Assembly (NCBI GenBank): GCA_965205015.1
Contig: CBDBFQ010000001.1
Coordinates: 1 to 64,000 of the forward strand
Direction: 5' to 3'
DNA from: Candidatus Poribacteria bacterium
GTDB lineage: Bacteria > Poribacteria > WGA-4E > WGA-3G
DNA: 64,000 nucleotides
The notes below the pieces were generated by a model that had not been told where the DNA came from, made no database searches, and saw only the letters and a list, made by a program, of their open reading frames with translations. Positions 1 through 14,691 of the stretch are shown here, piece after piece; the first letter of the stretch is position 1, and each line of letters begins with the position of its first letter. The translations under genes and the position numbers were made by a program.

Positions 1-386
1 CAAAGGAGGGAAAGAAAGTGTACAAGAGACACAGGGGGGGGGGGGGTAAACGTCAGCAACATGCAGGAACATGTCACAAGGTGTCAAAAGTGTTCGTTGA
101 TAAGAGCACATCAAATGTTTTTGAATAAGTTAAAGGGAAATAAAAATACATGTGACAAGCATGGAATAAATTAGAGAAATGTACACGGAATAAATAAATA
201 TATTAGGTCCATTCAAAAGCTTTGAAGCTCAGAAAGGAAATGTCTGTGGACTATTCCTCAGGCAATTCCAAGGCACTTGCAAAGACGGGAACTGCAGAGA
301 AAGGGACCAACAAGTGATGCACTTGTTTCTGCATGTTAGACTATCTGTCACTCTCTGCACACAGACCTCACTGCACATTGTTTATA

Positions 387-2148
387 CTATGTAGCGGTTA
401 CAGCTGTAAGTCTGCATTTCCCCAGACAGCTAGCTCTTTGATCAGCATTGGTTCTATTCCTTTGATCCATTATGGTCCGTGCACGCACACAATCAGTTGA
501 AATGTTTACTAGCACACGTATGGATGCCACAGACGTATCAGTCTGTGTTTGTACTGTAATGAGCCGCTCACATGATTGCATCCACTTGCTTGATTGCTGG
601 TCAATCTCATCCAACAAGTCAAAATCAGGAATGCCTTCATCCAGACAGCCAATTTCAATAGCAGTCTCTTGACACAGGGTGTCTTCCACCATGAGGTCAA
701 AGTTCTCGTGCTCAGGATTTTGAAGCTGTTGAGAGTCAACTGGCATTGCGCATGGCTCTGCAAGTTGGTCGCTTTCAGTAACTTGGCATGTTGGCACATT
801 CATGTCAACTCGTAGGCTGTCAGAGTCACTGCATTTGGCTGGAGATAGACGGCCGTAGGTAGGCATAGTTTGTGTGCAGTTCCTATGGGCACCACTGTGA
901 TGGGATTTGCGGTCACGGGACCATGCGGGGTGAGTAGGGGCCATTGCAAACACCTAATATGAGAGATTAGTAAGATGGTACAGAGAGTAACAGCTGTACG
1001 TGCACACTCCACACAACCACAGACACTTGTGACTCCCACAAGACTCCATTCACTTGCACAGCTGAGTACATTCAGTACTTACCACACATAGCACTCTGAC
1101 ATCCACTCTACACACTCTCTACACACCACACTCACCTCTTCGCATGTTCTGCGGCTGACGACTGCCCGGTACTCCATCTTCTTCCACAGCTGATCACGGA
1201 GAGCAAGAAAGGAGGGGAACAAAGTCCGCCACTGATGGCCGAGCGCCCATGGAAAGATCTCGTACTTCTCCTCTTCTTCATCTTCCTCCATGTCGTTAGC
1301 AAGGTACCTGAACACACAACATCAACAACTGGATCACAGCTTGTATGCACATGCACAACCCACAGAGGGTGAGTCAAAGAGTGTCACACTATATATTCTG
1401 CTGTACTCAGCCTGCGTGCTGCGGCTTCTCATCACATTGATTGCTTCCACTTACAGTGCTGCAAAGAAGTTGACTCTGGTGTACTGATCCAGGGTGAGGT
1501 TGGCCCTTCGGAAGTACACATACACCATGGCAAGCAGGTACTGCAGAGGGGGGGACAGAGGGATGGATGTGAGACCATGCAGGTGATGGGATGCTACCAT
1601 GTATGGCAGCAGGACACACACATGCTAAGCCATGCAAACAGGAAGACTTACTTTGTCAGCAACCTTGGCACAGCCGTCGATCCACAAGAAATCCTGGACC
1701 AGGTCGTCTTCTGCAATAATGGACATTGATTAGCCATAATGCGCAGGCCTTGCGAAGAGCTATATCCACACTCTATAGTGTCAGCGTGGCACATTCGTCC
1801 GTAAGCTGCACACAGACTCACCCAACAGACGGAAGAACGCCGACAAGTACGATCCAACATGCTTCTCCTTGGGTTCACCTCCTCTGGTACCGGCTGCGGG
1901 TGTCTGGGGCACCGACGACTGCTGAAGTCTGCAGGGGACGAAAGACAAAGGTACACAGTTGATAAAGCACACGGCTGGGTGATATTGGAGCTGGCTACGC
2001 TTGGGCCGTCTGTTTCTCGCTTCCTCCGTCAGCCTTACCTGCAGGAGTACACCTGGAGGGCTGCGGTGCTGTCGTCCTCGTCCGCTGCCACGCACCGAGA
2101 GCGCTTCGAGAGAGGCTCGGACACATCGAAACTGCTGACCAACATCAT
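387..2148 (-). CDS. SPDYA: Speedy/RINGO cell-cycle regulator (atypical CDK activator), 6 exons, ~366 aa
   Basis: Exons 2148-2039, 1928-1822, 1710-1652, 1540-1455, 1307-1136 and 953-387 have GT-AG ends and consistent phases (1101 nt). The spliced product contains the Speedy box [39 protein letters not shown]...[29 protein letters not shown]...[46 protein letters not shown]. The extent of the C-terminal tail is less certain. Confidence 0.92.
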
Positions 2149-2322
2149 CTCTACTTATTCAACACAGACAGTCTGGAAATGACCGTTTCCTTCTCTCGTT
2201 GTCCTTTATACACGCCAGCTCCACCGCCCGCTGTCTCGACGGGATGATGTTTACTTCAGCGTGTCGACGTGTACCCTAGACATGGCGAACAGTGAACACA
2301 AACATTACGGCTGTAGTGTCTC

Positions 2323-2870
2323 GCTACAGAGAGTGAGGTGCAGGCTGTCCGATGGCCCCTTGGGTGGATTCACGTTTTGTTGGATACACTAGACAGGGCG
2401 CCTCATGCCAGCATCACAGCCTGTAGTGAGCTCCCCGCACACACACAAGGCCACAATGCACCTCTGTTGAAACACCATGAAGCGGGACACCACCATTGCA
2501 ACATAAGTATAGGATGAATTCAGGCGTCGCTGAATTTTACTACTTCTGCTGAAATGCAATGTTGAAGTTACCTGGGGTTCTTGACATAGTGTGAATCATT
2601 TCAAAATACTTCAAATTATGGTCCTATGTTTGTGTGTGTGTGCGTTATCTGGCATGCACGAAGCACTCCTGTCCTGTGTATCCACACAATAGAGTGCAAG
2701 CTGCATAATACATCGTAAATTGGAGCAAACACTGGAAGTGAAACTCATGGAATGTGTGTTGGTCGGTAGAGAGATCTTCTGCATGTTTGGAGTAAAACGG
2801 AATGGTATCACTTTGGTAATCAAGGAGTTCAAAGATGGTTGTGGTGGGTGTCACCTCCAAGGACAGTGCC
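2323..2870 (-). repeat. Diverged duplicate of the PIGH terminal exon and 3' flank
   Basis: 2323-2500 matches 4082-4268. 2540-2640 matches the PIGH last exon and its CA-rich acceptor (4289-4440). 2550-2830 also matches 3285-3680. Confidence 0.75.
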
Positions 2871-3269
2871 AACCTCTGTTAATGGAGAGTTATGCACAAA
2901 AGTTCACTATTTGAGGTCCAATGTTCAAAGTGAGTTGTGCATTGATTGTTCCTGACAGCTACCTTACAGCTGCTTTGCAGCTCACTGTTAGCACCTCTGC
3001 AGTGTTATGGCTGTCCACAGCTCCGACAGTCATGTAGTCACCACCTGCCTCAGAACACGCATCAAAAAGTGTGTTGTGTCTATAGTGAATCAAGTACGGC
3101 GTGGTGCCAGAACAAAACAAGATTACAAGTGCACGCACACTACTGCATGCCTGCCTGTAATGGGATGGTGCACAAATTGATACAAACATACAGTAACTAG
3201 AGAACAACGCACGAACATGGTCACATTGTGTTATTCACATTTAAGAGGTCCCTAGTAACCTGGCTAAAT

Positions 3270-3700
3270 GTTACTATACTTTTACTGAAATGCAATGTTG
3301 AAGTTACCTGGGTTTTCTGACATAGTGTAAATCATTTCGAATTAGTTAAGTTGTGGTCCTTTGTGTGTGTGTGTGTCCGTGTGTTTTCTGGCAGGAAGCA
3401 CTCCTGACCTGTGTGTCCACACAATAGAATGCAAGCTGGAGCTCATGCTCACATTTCATTCTAACATAGAGGTTCATTCCTATGAACTGAAATCGAGGCA
3501 AAGTAATTGAGTTTCCGTTTATTCAGTCTTCAGCTGCATAATGTTTAGAGTGAATAGGAACAAACACTGGAAGTGAAACACATGGAATGTGCGTTGGTCA
3601 GTAGACAGATTGCATGTTGCACTGCATGTTTGGAGTAAACTGGAATGGCACCACATTGGTAGTGAAGGAGTTCCAGGATGGTTGTGTTGGATGCCACACT
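3270..3700 (-). repeat. Second diverged duplicate of the PIGH terminal exon region (frameshifted)
   Basis: CTGAAATGCAATGTTGAAGTTACCTGGG...GGTCC followed by (GT)n, shared with 2548-2640 and 4310-4420. Confidence 0.7.
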
Positions 3701-4288
3701 TGGTTCACTCAGTGATTGTGAGTGGTCATGGACTGAAATGCCATTGTTGGGAACAGCACACCATGCCATAATTGTACTCCTTCAGCCTGCCTTCAGCCTG
3801 CCTCCCAGTGTCCCCTATCTGTATGTGTATGGTTCACTGCATTCACAGGGCACTACATACACTTCATGATTATACCATTCACCACTGGTAATCCTTCCAA
3901 TGGCCATCCTTCACCTGATCTCTAGCCGTGCTGTCTATACACATTGCCTCATCCATGTATCCCACACACAATGTACAGGTTTGTCAAACACATGACTCAC
4001 ACAACCTAGCACCTCACATCACTGTGAACATTTTGACCTCACTTTGATGGTGAATTTAGCATAAACATAAGCATGTACTGTTACAGAGAGTGCGCTCCAG
4101 GCTGACCGGCCTGACTCCCTGTGTGTATGCACATTTGTGGATACACTAGACAGGGAGCCTCATGCCAACATCACAGCCTGTAGTGAGCTCCCCGCACACA
4201 CCACCTCCACACACAAGGCCACAATGCACCTCTGTTGAAACACCATGAAGTGGGACACCACCATTGCAAGATACAATTAATGGTAAGG

Positions 4289-6076
<1,788 letters not shown>

Positions 6077-6799
6077 ACTACGTATTCGATCGCCTTGACG
6101 AACTAGCGAATCCGCATTTGGTCACTGGAACTTCGCGGCCATTTTGTTCCTTTCGCAATACTTCCTTTGGACAATCGAGCTCAAGCACACCAATATCATT
6201 AATTAATTTCAACAGAAGAACAATTATACATAACCATGCAATATATAGAGGCATCAACACTTACACAGTATAACTATATGAAATTACATATAGGGGCAAT
6301 GTGTGTGTATATGTGTAATTAATTTATGTATGCATTAAAAGCGTAGCTAACTACAAACCCTATTTTAGATAAAATAAAGTAGCTCTGTGATATAGTACAA
6401 TATGCGTAAAACAACTACAATTTTATACAGCAAGTAGCATCTCAGAGGTTTACGGGTGTATATCTATTCCTCTAACTATAGCTAGCTAGCTACTCCATCC
6501 GTCTTCTAAAAGGATTCCCACTGCGCTTGTAATATTGAGCAAGCCTGGGAATGAAATGTAGGATACACGCCAGGTTATGTAGTAATGCAAGTGATTGAAG
6601 CGAGCCCACAGCGCAATTAACTGCAGCATGTTATACAATACTAGGAGAGGCTACTGAACTTGGTAAGGGATTTAGCTACTGTGTGCAGGAGTTCGTGTGG
6701 AGCTAGCCGATTTAAGAGTGTACATACACACTCCCTTGTTCTTATGCACAAGTACGCGTATCACACTATGAGGGCTATGTGGGCTAGGTTTACATGACA

Positions 6800-7861
6800 T
6801 GCTGCTGGTTTGCACTGTTGCCTCCTTTGTCAGGCGAAAAGCCAAGGCACTACACACTTGCAGCATCCACGTGTATGTGCGCGCAGTGGAACCTGTCAAA
6901 TGTGGGACCGTGGAATTCTGCTACAGATAGACATGTCTGCAGTACAGTGCAAGACAATGCGAGCAGTCAGAGGAGAGAGGCTGTTGATGCTCGTTTGCAC
7001 TGTTGCCTCCTTTGTCAGGTAAAAAGCCAAGGCACTATGCACTTGCATCCACGTGTATGTGCGGAGTGGAACCTGTCAAATGTGGGACCGTGGAATTCTG
7101 CTACAGATAGACATGTCTGCAGTACAGTGCAAGACAATGCGAGCAGTCAGAGGAGAGAGGCTGTTGCTGCTCGTTTGCACTGTTGCGTCAACCTGCTGAT
7201 GTACCTAGATGAGAACCTGTCACCAGAGAGGCTGAAAGGCTGCCCCTCGATGCATCCGCGTGCAAGAGGAGTACAAGCATTACATGCGCCAGGTCGAATC
7301 ATTATATACGCCAGGGTGTGTGGACAACCCACGGGCCAAATGCTCCCAAGAGGAGGTACCTAGGCACCATTTCAGCCAAGCTGCTGATGTACCTAGATGC
7401 GAACCTGCCACCAGAGAGGCTGAACGTGCTGCACCTCGATGCATCCGCGTGCAAAGAGGAGCACAAGCATTACATACACCAGGTCGAATTATTACATATG
7501 CCAGGGTGTGTGGACAACCCACGGGCCAAATGCTCCCAAGAGGAGGTACCTAGGCACCATTTCAGGCAAGCTGCTGATGCACCTAGATGAAAACCTGCCA
7601 CCAGAGAGGCTGAACGTGCCGCACCTCGATGCATCCGCGTGCAAAGAGGAGCACAAGCATTACATACGCCAGGTCGAATTAGTACATTGCCTGCCAGGTT
7701 ATTTCAGTAGATCGGCTCAGATGAGCCAGAAGGATGTTGGCGCAGGTGGTATCCATCCATTGGCTGACGCAACTGGATCGATGCTTGCTGCTAGAGAGGT
7801 TGGACTGCCCGTCTCTGTAGGGATACGTGCGAAGGGGGAGAATGCCTTTATATACATTATC
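6800..7861 (+). repeat. Orphan rDNA intergenic-spacer module (2 B units, ~2.5 A monomers, pre-promoter flank) without rRNA genes
   Basis: The ~180-bp B unit occurs twice (6806-7185). A monomers at 7190-7680 match the 30961-35096 array. 7680-7861 is near-identical to 35097-35279. Confidence 0.9.
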
Positions 7862-9570
7862 ATCCACTCAGCAGTGGTATCAGATGCCAGTGGCGGCTCT
7901 GCACAACTTGCTCTGCCAACTTGTCGCCTGATCTCACCACCAGCATCGAGTCAACGTGAGCAAGCCACCACTGGCAAGCCTGTACTGTCTATTGACCTTG
8001 ACAGTGCTGCTCAGTTTGTGAGCGTTCCCTTCAAATGCCTAGAAGGCATATAGAGCAAAGCAGCAGAGCTCATCAGCACTGAGAATGCCATTGTACCTAC
8101 ACCTGGGCAGGACCTCACTGCCAGAATGGTGCTAAGCTATAGTCGCCAGATGCCTTCCTTGGTCACACCCAAGAAAGGAGGGGACTTTGGCTGTGACTCC
8201 AACTGTGCAAACTGGAAAACACATTGGGGATTTGCTCCCACTGGTGGCAGTTGCAGATATCAATGGCAAACTGATGGAGTTCCTGTCAAAGAAGACAAAG
8301 AGGACAGCTAACATGACTAAACTGCTGACAGACATTATGCCAAGAGGGCTGCGGAAGGAAGGGAGGAGTTGCACCACAGACCCACAGTCAAGGAAGCCAT
8401 CACAACTAGCTACAACAAGGGTTGAGATGAGATGAGCGCATACCAATCTGCAGGTACTGATTCCTCGGTTCCAACCCAGCAACCAGTCATGATGCCACTG
8501 TCCCCTAACTTTCTGCTTCCGCACCTGTTGCAGTCGACGGCGTATGGTGCAGCAATGGTCCCCTACCCACCATTTTATCACAATCAAGTGCTTGGGGTAG
8601 GATACCATGTAACTCCTAGCCAATACTTGCTGTACAAGCCGCACCCATTGTCGTCTTTCTCTTTGTGTTACATTGCAGGTAACATCAGCACCTGCATTGG
8701 CTGCAAGAGGAAGTATCCAAAGACCCAGGTAGCAAAGGAAGATCTATGCATCAAACATGAAGAATGGCGGCAGTTTACGGCTCCAAGCAGTGGTACACAG
8801 TACACCACAGTCTAAATTTGGGAAAGCGTACTACCAATGTAAGGTGGATTGTGTACGGATGCAGCACCCTCACTTCCAGCCACAAGAGCTGCAAGCACCA
8901 CCAGAGGTAGCAGAGAACCTTTTGTCTCGACAGAAACAGTACTTCTACACTGCATTTAGCTTGGCAGTTTAGGGATACATACATTACGTACTGTACATGT
9001 ATGCTAATCTAGGTGCTTTCATCATGGATACTTTGCTTCTGAACTTGTAGCAAGCTACAGGTGCTGATCACTCACAAGTAGCTACCCTTGACGTTTGATA
9101 TGGTTAAACTAGTCTTGTACGCACTACAAACAAGCACAACCAACCAGTACAGAGTCATTACGCAAGTACCGTTGACGCAAGTCACTTCACTCTTCTGTTC
9201 TCCACGATAAAAGGCAGAGTGTCTTCCAGCGAGGGTGCCCCATCAGCCCCTGCCGCCCGCATCCTCCTCGTGTCGCCCGCATCCTCTTCATGTCGCCCGC
9301 ATCCTCTTCATGTCGCCCGCATCCTCCTCATGTCGCCCGCATCCTCCTCATGTCGCCCGCATCCTCCTCATGTCGCCCACATCCTCCTCATGTCACCCGC
9401 ATCCTCTTCCTAGCTAATGTGAAACGACAAACCAAACAAAGGCAGCACGATCTGTTCGCAAAACAAGATGGCGGACACCGATTATGACATCATAATTACA
9501 CTTTCGCATAATATTACAGGAGTCCAGTAGTCCAGTATAATATAGTCCAGTCCAGCGAATACAGACACCC
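7862..9570 (+). mobile_element. Decayed 3' half of a MULE/Mutator-like DNA transposon (SWIM finger, C-terminal Cys/His finger, probable right TIR)
   Basis: Frameshifted CDSNCANWK..GICSH.VAVA (SWIM-type) at ~8190-8260. GNISTCIGC...DLCIKHEEWR...AYYQCKVDCV zinc-finger region at 8680-8860. Terminal AGTCCAGT repeats end in ...ATACAGACACCC at 9570. Confidence 0.7.
9251..9410. repeat. 20-bp minisatellite (TGTCGCCCGCATCCTCYTCA) x8
   Basis: Tandem units directly visible. Confidence 0.97.
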
Positions 9571-9705
9571 GCCACAAGGGTCTTCGCCAGTCACAAAACT
9601 CTTTTTGACTCTTGTGGTTGAAGCATCTCGCCAATCGCCCTTGTTTGCTACATATTTGCTTAGCAACAACTCAAGTTCACTCTACTCTGTATTATACACA
9701 ATGTA

Positions 9706-10048
9706 GGAGCAAAGTTTTGAAAACATGATAGTTTTAAGAGGATTACAGCACATATAATCACTTTTAATAGCAGTCGAGCAAACAAGGACTATCTTTGTTC
9801 ATTATTCATTTGTCCAGCGCCTTTCTTTCAATCATCATGTGTTGTTTGGCTCATTGTAGCAAATCACATCCTCATGTTATGCGGCCACGTGCTCACTCAC
9901 AAAACCAGTTTGAAGGACCAATGCACATCAAAACCACGTCACCAGGTGGTTTTGGCTACATGCAAATCGAAAGCATATTGAACCTGAATGCGTATTACAG
10001 TATGTGCGGACACTCAAAAGTGCATTGACGTGAAATGAATGTCCATCC
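9706..10048 (+). repeat. Local duplication: empty-site copy of 10608-10647 plus 11334-11636
   Basis: GAGCAAAGTTTTGAAAACATGATAG...GAATGTCCATCC recurs downstream, split by the 10648-11333 insertion. Confidence 0.9.
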
Positions 10049-10647
10049 GACATGGTCAATGTCCATAGCAACAACTCAAGTTCACTCTACTCTGTATTAT
10101 ACATAACGTAGGAGGGAGACTGGTATGCCAAATCTACCACATACTCCCTTAAAATATTGGGACTACAAACAAAATAAGAATCTCTCCAGCTCACTGACGA
10201 CTGTGACTGTGCCTGTGCATATCCAATATAATTATAACCACACAGCAAGTAACAGAGGAGACAAAGAATCAAGCTAGATATTCCACAGCTGCATGCAAAA
10301 TTACAAATACATATGCCAAACATACCATACACACATTGCTTCAGGAGTGTAAATGGAAAACCATGGTACCCCAAAATTTATTATAGCTTCCATCATCGGC
10401 TCCCGTAATGACTATTGCGATGCCTTACTATATAGTCCTCATCAGTATGGCTAATGTTGTAGTGTGGGGCATTTGGAGTGCAAGGCATGTCCTCACTTTT
10501 GTATCCATGTACATTAGAATGTGAATCAATACCACCTGATCCAGTGCACAGTTTTCAAACTTTGCAGGCTTGACAACCTCATATGTGTGAAATGCATAAG
10601 CACTTGATGAGCAAAGTTTTGAAAACATGATAGTTTTAAGAGGATTA

Positions 10648-11333
10648 TAGATCCCGTTGCCGTGATAACGGGAGTCTATACGCTGCGCCAAAATTCTATA
10701 GACACACAGCAAGCGTTTCGCGCGGGCAAATAAATCCTATAGAGCCCCTGGCGGGCACTTCGCGGTGGGATCTAAATCCTATAGATCCACTGGCGGGCAC
10801 TTTGCGGTGGGATCTAAATCCTATAGATCCCCTGGCGGGCACTTCGTGGTGGGATCTAAATCCTATAGATCTCCTCCCGGGCACTACGCGCGGCTAACGA
10901 TAACGTCATTTAAAATGCAAATGCCATAATGGTAATGATACTAAATAATTGGCATTATAATACTGCCAAGAGTCGCAAGTCAAAAGTCGCTAAGTAGCTT
11001 TTCTAGCTCTTCGGCTGTCACAGTAGGCACTGCTTCTTGCTTCACGTGGTACAGGACTGGACGTCGAAGTCTCTTTTGCTGATACAGAAACAACTACGTG
11101 ATTCCTCAGCCATTCTAACGAAAACACAGAATCGTTACTAGAGACGCCGACTTCGTCAAGAGAAGAAAGAAGGTAAGGTGATTGGGCTAGACCATAGTTT
11201 CGGATCTATAATAGTTAAATGCCGACCAATCAGTGTCTACGGGATTTAGACCACTCAGCACTCGGGCGCTTCGCGCCCTCGAGCTTCGTGGTCTAAATCC
11301 CGTAGACACCTCTTGGTCGGCATTTAACTATTA
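10648..11333. mobile_element. 686-bp non-autonomous element with a separate hairpin at each end and an internal 42-bp tandem repeat
   Basis: Absent from the paralogous empty site at ~9745. Left hairpin 10646-10680. 42-bp unit x~3.6 at 10731-10885. 125-bp palindrome at 11209-11333. ATTA is present at both junctions. Confidence 0.8.
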
Positions 11334-12252
11334 CACAGCACATACATCACTTTTATTATCAGTCGAGCAAACAAGGACTATCTTTGTTCATTATTCATTT
11401 GTCCAGCGCCTTTCTTTCAATCATCATGTGTTGTTTGGCTCATTGTAGCAAATCACATCCTCATGTTATGCGGCCACGTGCTCACTCAAAACCAGTTTGA
11501 AGGACCAATGCACATCAAAACCACCTCACCAGGTGGTTTTGGCTACATGCAAATCGAAAGCATATTGAACCTGAATGCGTATTACAGTATGTGCGGACAC
11601 TCAAAAGTGCATTGACGTGAAATGAATGTCCATCCAATGCACATTCATGCACACGTGTGGACAGGTCTTTAGTCATAACCTGAGAACAGGGACTTTCACT
11701 ACACATAAGTGTGAGGCCAAAGCTAAGCCAACGCCATGCACTGCAGCCAATTTCTGAGTCCACTATTGATAACTGTTCTGTTTCCTCATCGTAGCCATTG
11801 GACAGGATCTAACTTGCACATAGCAAAAGGTAAGGTAATTGTCCTAATTCCAGAAATATGTTAATAAAGATAACTACCTCAACCTGCCAACTGCAACACA
11901 GCCAAACGCCACAGACACACAGATGGCACACATTTATGAAACCCAAACAGATGTTTAATACCATTGGCATTAAAGAATACCAGTTAAATAAATAATCCAA
12001 TGGGAAGATGTACAAGTTTTGCAAATGAGACTTGAGCCACAGGCCAGAGCTGAGTTCCAAGTTACAGTAAGACCAATGAATGAGGCAGTGTTGAGTAGGC
12101 TAAGAAGTGCGCTCTGTTCTTTCTGCCAGGTGATAGAGCAAGGTTGAAGGGGTATAACCAAGAAACAGGGGAAATGACCCAATAACTAGGTAGCAGTCAT
12201 TTTTCTGCACAGATTCATGGTCAACATTAATAGTTAGCAATGCACTATAGAG

Positions 12253-12335
12253 TAGAGTTGCACCGATAATCAGATCGGTAATCGGTATCGGCCGATATTG
12301 GGACATTTCAACTATATCAGTAATCGGTATTTCCA
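12253..12335 (+). mobile_element. hAT-like transposon end fragment
   Basis: TAGAGTTGCACCGAT terminus followed by repeated ATCGGT subterminal motifs; no partner end seen. Confidence 0.5.
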
Positions 12336-13949
12336 TCGTTTCTCCTTACCATTCTGATTACAATTGGTCTTGACGGTACCAACACTTGGTATACAGATGT
12401 CTGTCTACCAATTGTTTCCACGCTAAATATTTTGTAACAGCAAAAGGCAGCCTTACATAGACTTTTGCCATAATCTCCTAGAAATGTTGATAACACTCTC
12501 AATTTGCTCATTATTGTATGTGTGTAATAGGAAGCAGATGCAAAAGTCAAACAATATCAGGTTTCCCCCACTCCCCCCCCTACCCCTAAAGTAAACATAC
12601 CCTCACCAAAATACATCTGCAAGCTTCAGGAATGCAGTGTTGATTAGGACTCGAAATGGAAACTGGACGATGAGGCCAGTTCCCAGAGGTTGGGAAACTT
12701 CTTGATTGCTTCACACTGTTCACCAACATTGTTCAAACGGACGCAAACCTAAAGCATCCAAACTGAACAACAGTCCATATGTGTATACACATACACACAC
12801 ACAACACCATAACACACAAACACACCAAACATACATAAACTTGCACTTCACATATGCTGTGTTCACTTACACATATACAGTCTGCACTTTTGAGGCAGGA
12901 GTGAAAGGGACTTCAAAGAGGGGTTTAAGAACATACATATATTAGAGGAGACTAATGGCAATTGACACAATTAGCTCTAATGGTATTCCATTATGGCTGT
13001 GTCTGTGAGTTTCCTGAGCAACGTTTAAACCCTTCATTTTCAGCATATGTATATGCTGCCGAACCTTGCTCTAAGAAGCAAAACTCACTACCTTACAAAA
13101 ATTATGTTTTCAATACAAATAGTGCATTTGCACCTGTGGCAGTCCCACAATGTGCCTATGCAAATATGTGCAAGTCAGCAAAAGCACCACTGGCACGCAT
13201 TGCATAAGGTGATTACCACCATGGGCAATATTTGTTCCAGCTGATGCAGGAAACGCCACTAGTGCAGGTTGCAAAGGGTCAGGACCAGCTTGGACACAAA
13301 TACATACGTAGAAGCAGGATGCAGCAACCAAATGCACTCGCAACTGTGGTGGACAATACCATCTGCAACTTGTGCTGATGATGTTTAAGCATGTAGTAAG
13401 TAGTGCGTTTACTGCCATGCACACACAAATACAAATAAGTACACATTGTAACTCACCCTGGTAACACAAGGCCACATGATTAGGGGGTAAGCGCAATATT
13501 CGTGCTATTTGCTAGTAAGAAAATGCTCCAGTGCAAGTTGCAAGTCAGTCCAACATCAGAAATAGTTGGGGTGGCATGCCGTTACCAATGCAGCTGGAGC
13601 AGATGTATGTAGGCAGACTAATGCAACTTGTGCAAGGGCACAACAACAACCATTTCATCCTCATGCATACTTTAGTTTTGGCTTCTTCATAGTAGAAGTT
13701 CATAAAACTCCAGCTGCATTGGTTTCTGCATCCCACTACAATTTCCTCTTATGCTGGAATTCTGTAACTTGCACTACCAATGTTTCCAATGGACTTAACA
13801 TGTACGCTTGGACCTAATGGGTCTGTCACTGAGAGAAGTGTCACCTCCGAAAAAACTACCACCAAAGTACTTTTACAATGGAGTGCCTGCTGTAATCGGT
13901 CTCCCTTCCCTTCCAGCCACAAAATGTCCCCCCTGCATCAAGTACCAAA

Positions 13950-14640
13950 TCACAACAAATGCCAAAGCCCTGGGTACTCTTAGTAACCAAATTACGAAGT
14001 TTCTTGGGAATTGGTTGCAAACATAACCGCACAGTTCGTGCACCACACTTAAGACAGAGCAGCCATATCCAAGCATATCGATTGTGCACCATTTTACTGG
14101 ATAGTACCAATAGGCAAACCTAACCTTGATTGTTTCCCAAGTCTCCTAAGGACCCACTGACACCAGAGTGGCCAGAGAGGGATGCACAAAGTGAACCATA
14201 CACACGGACACACCATAACAAGTTAGCCTAGGCTGAGTTTGAGGATGAGTTAGTAGTATGCACTCTAAATCTCGTAGGTCAATGCGCACAGGTTCCATTC
14301 CGCCCATACATAAAAACATACAAGCTAGCTACCGCTTCACTTTGTCCCAGGCTCCTCCTCCTCTTCCTCAAGTGAATAACTGTCAGGAGTCCTGCACTAG
14401 CTTGCGTGGTATCTGCAGGCATCAAATTCAGATAGCCCAACGCCTGCACTGGAGTGAAATCATAATGGGGACACCTATCGCTCAAGGGGGACATCATATG
14501 GCAACAAACAAGCTGCCAAAAACTGTCCAGGGGGACCAAAACAGCAAAAAACGTCAGTAATGGTCCTCTTGGACCAGCTCTGGGAGACACCATTATCAGC
14601 ACAGCAACATCCGAAGCTCACTTGGGGTTCAATAGGCTTA
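13950..14640 (+). mobile_element. Highly decayed Gypsy-type pol remnant
   Basis: KLRSFLG (RT-RNaseH linker-like) at ~13990 and AHLGFNR (integrase Zn-finger-like) at ~14615, amid many stops. Confidence 0.35.
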
Positions 14641-14691
14641 GCACACTCAGGCCCATAGTCAACCATGGAAGAGTTAGCAGTAGGCAGAGGT

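Noticed and set aside
9219-9487. Ser/Pro/His-rich ORFs
   Set aside because: They are translations of the 20-bp minisatellite.
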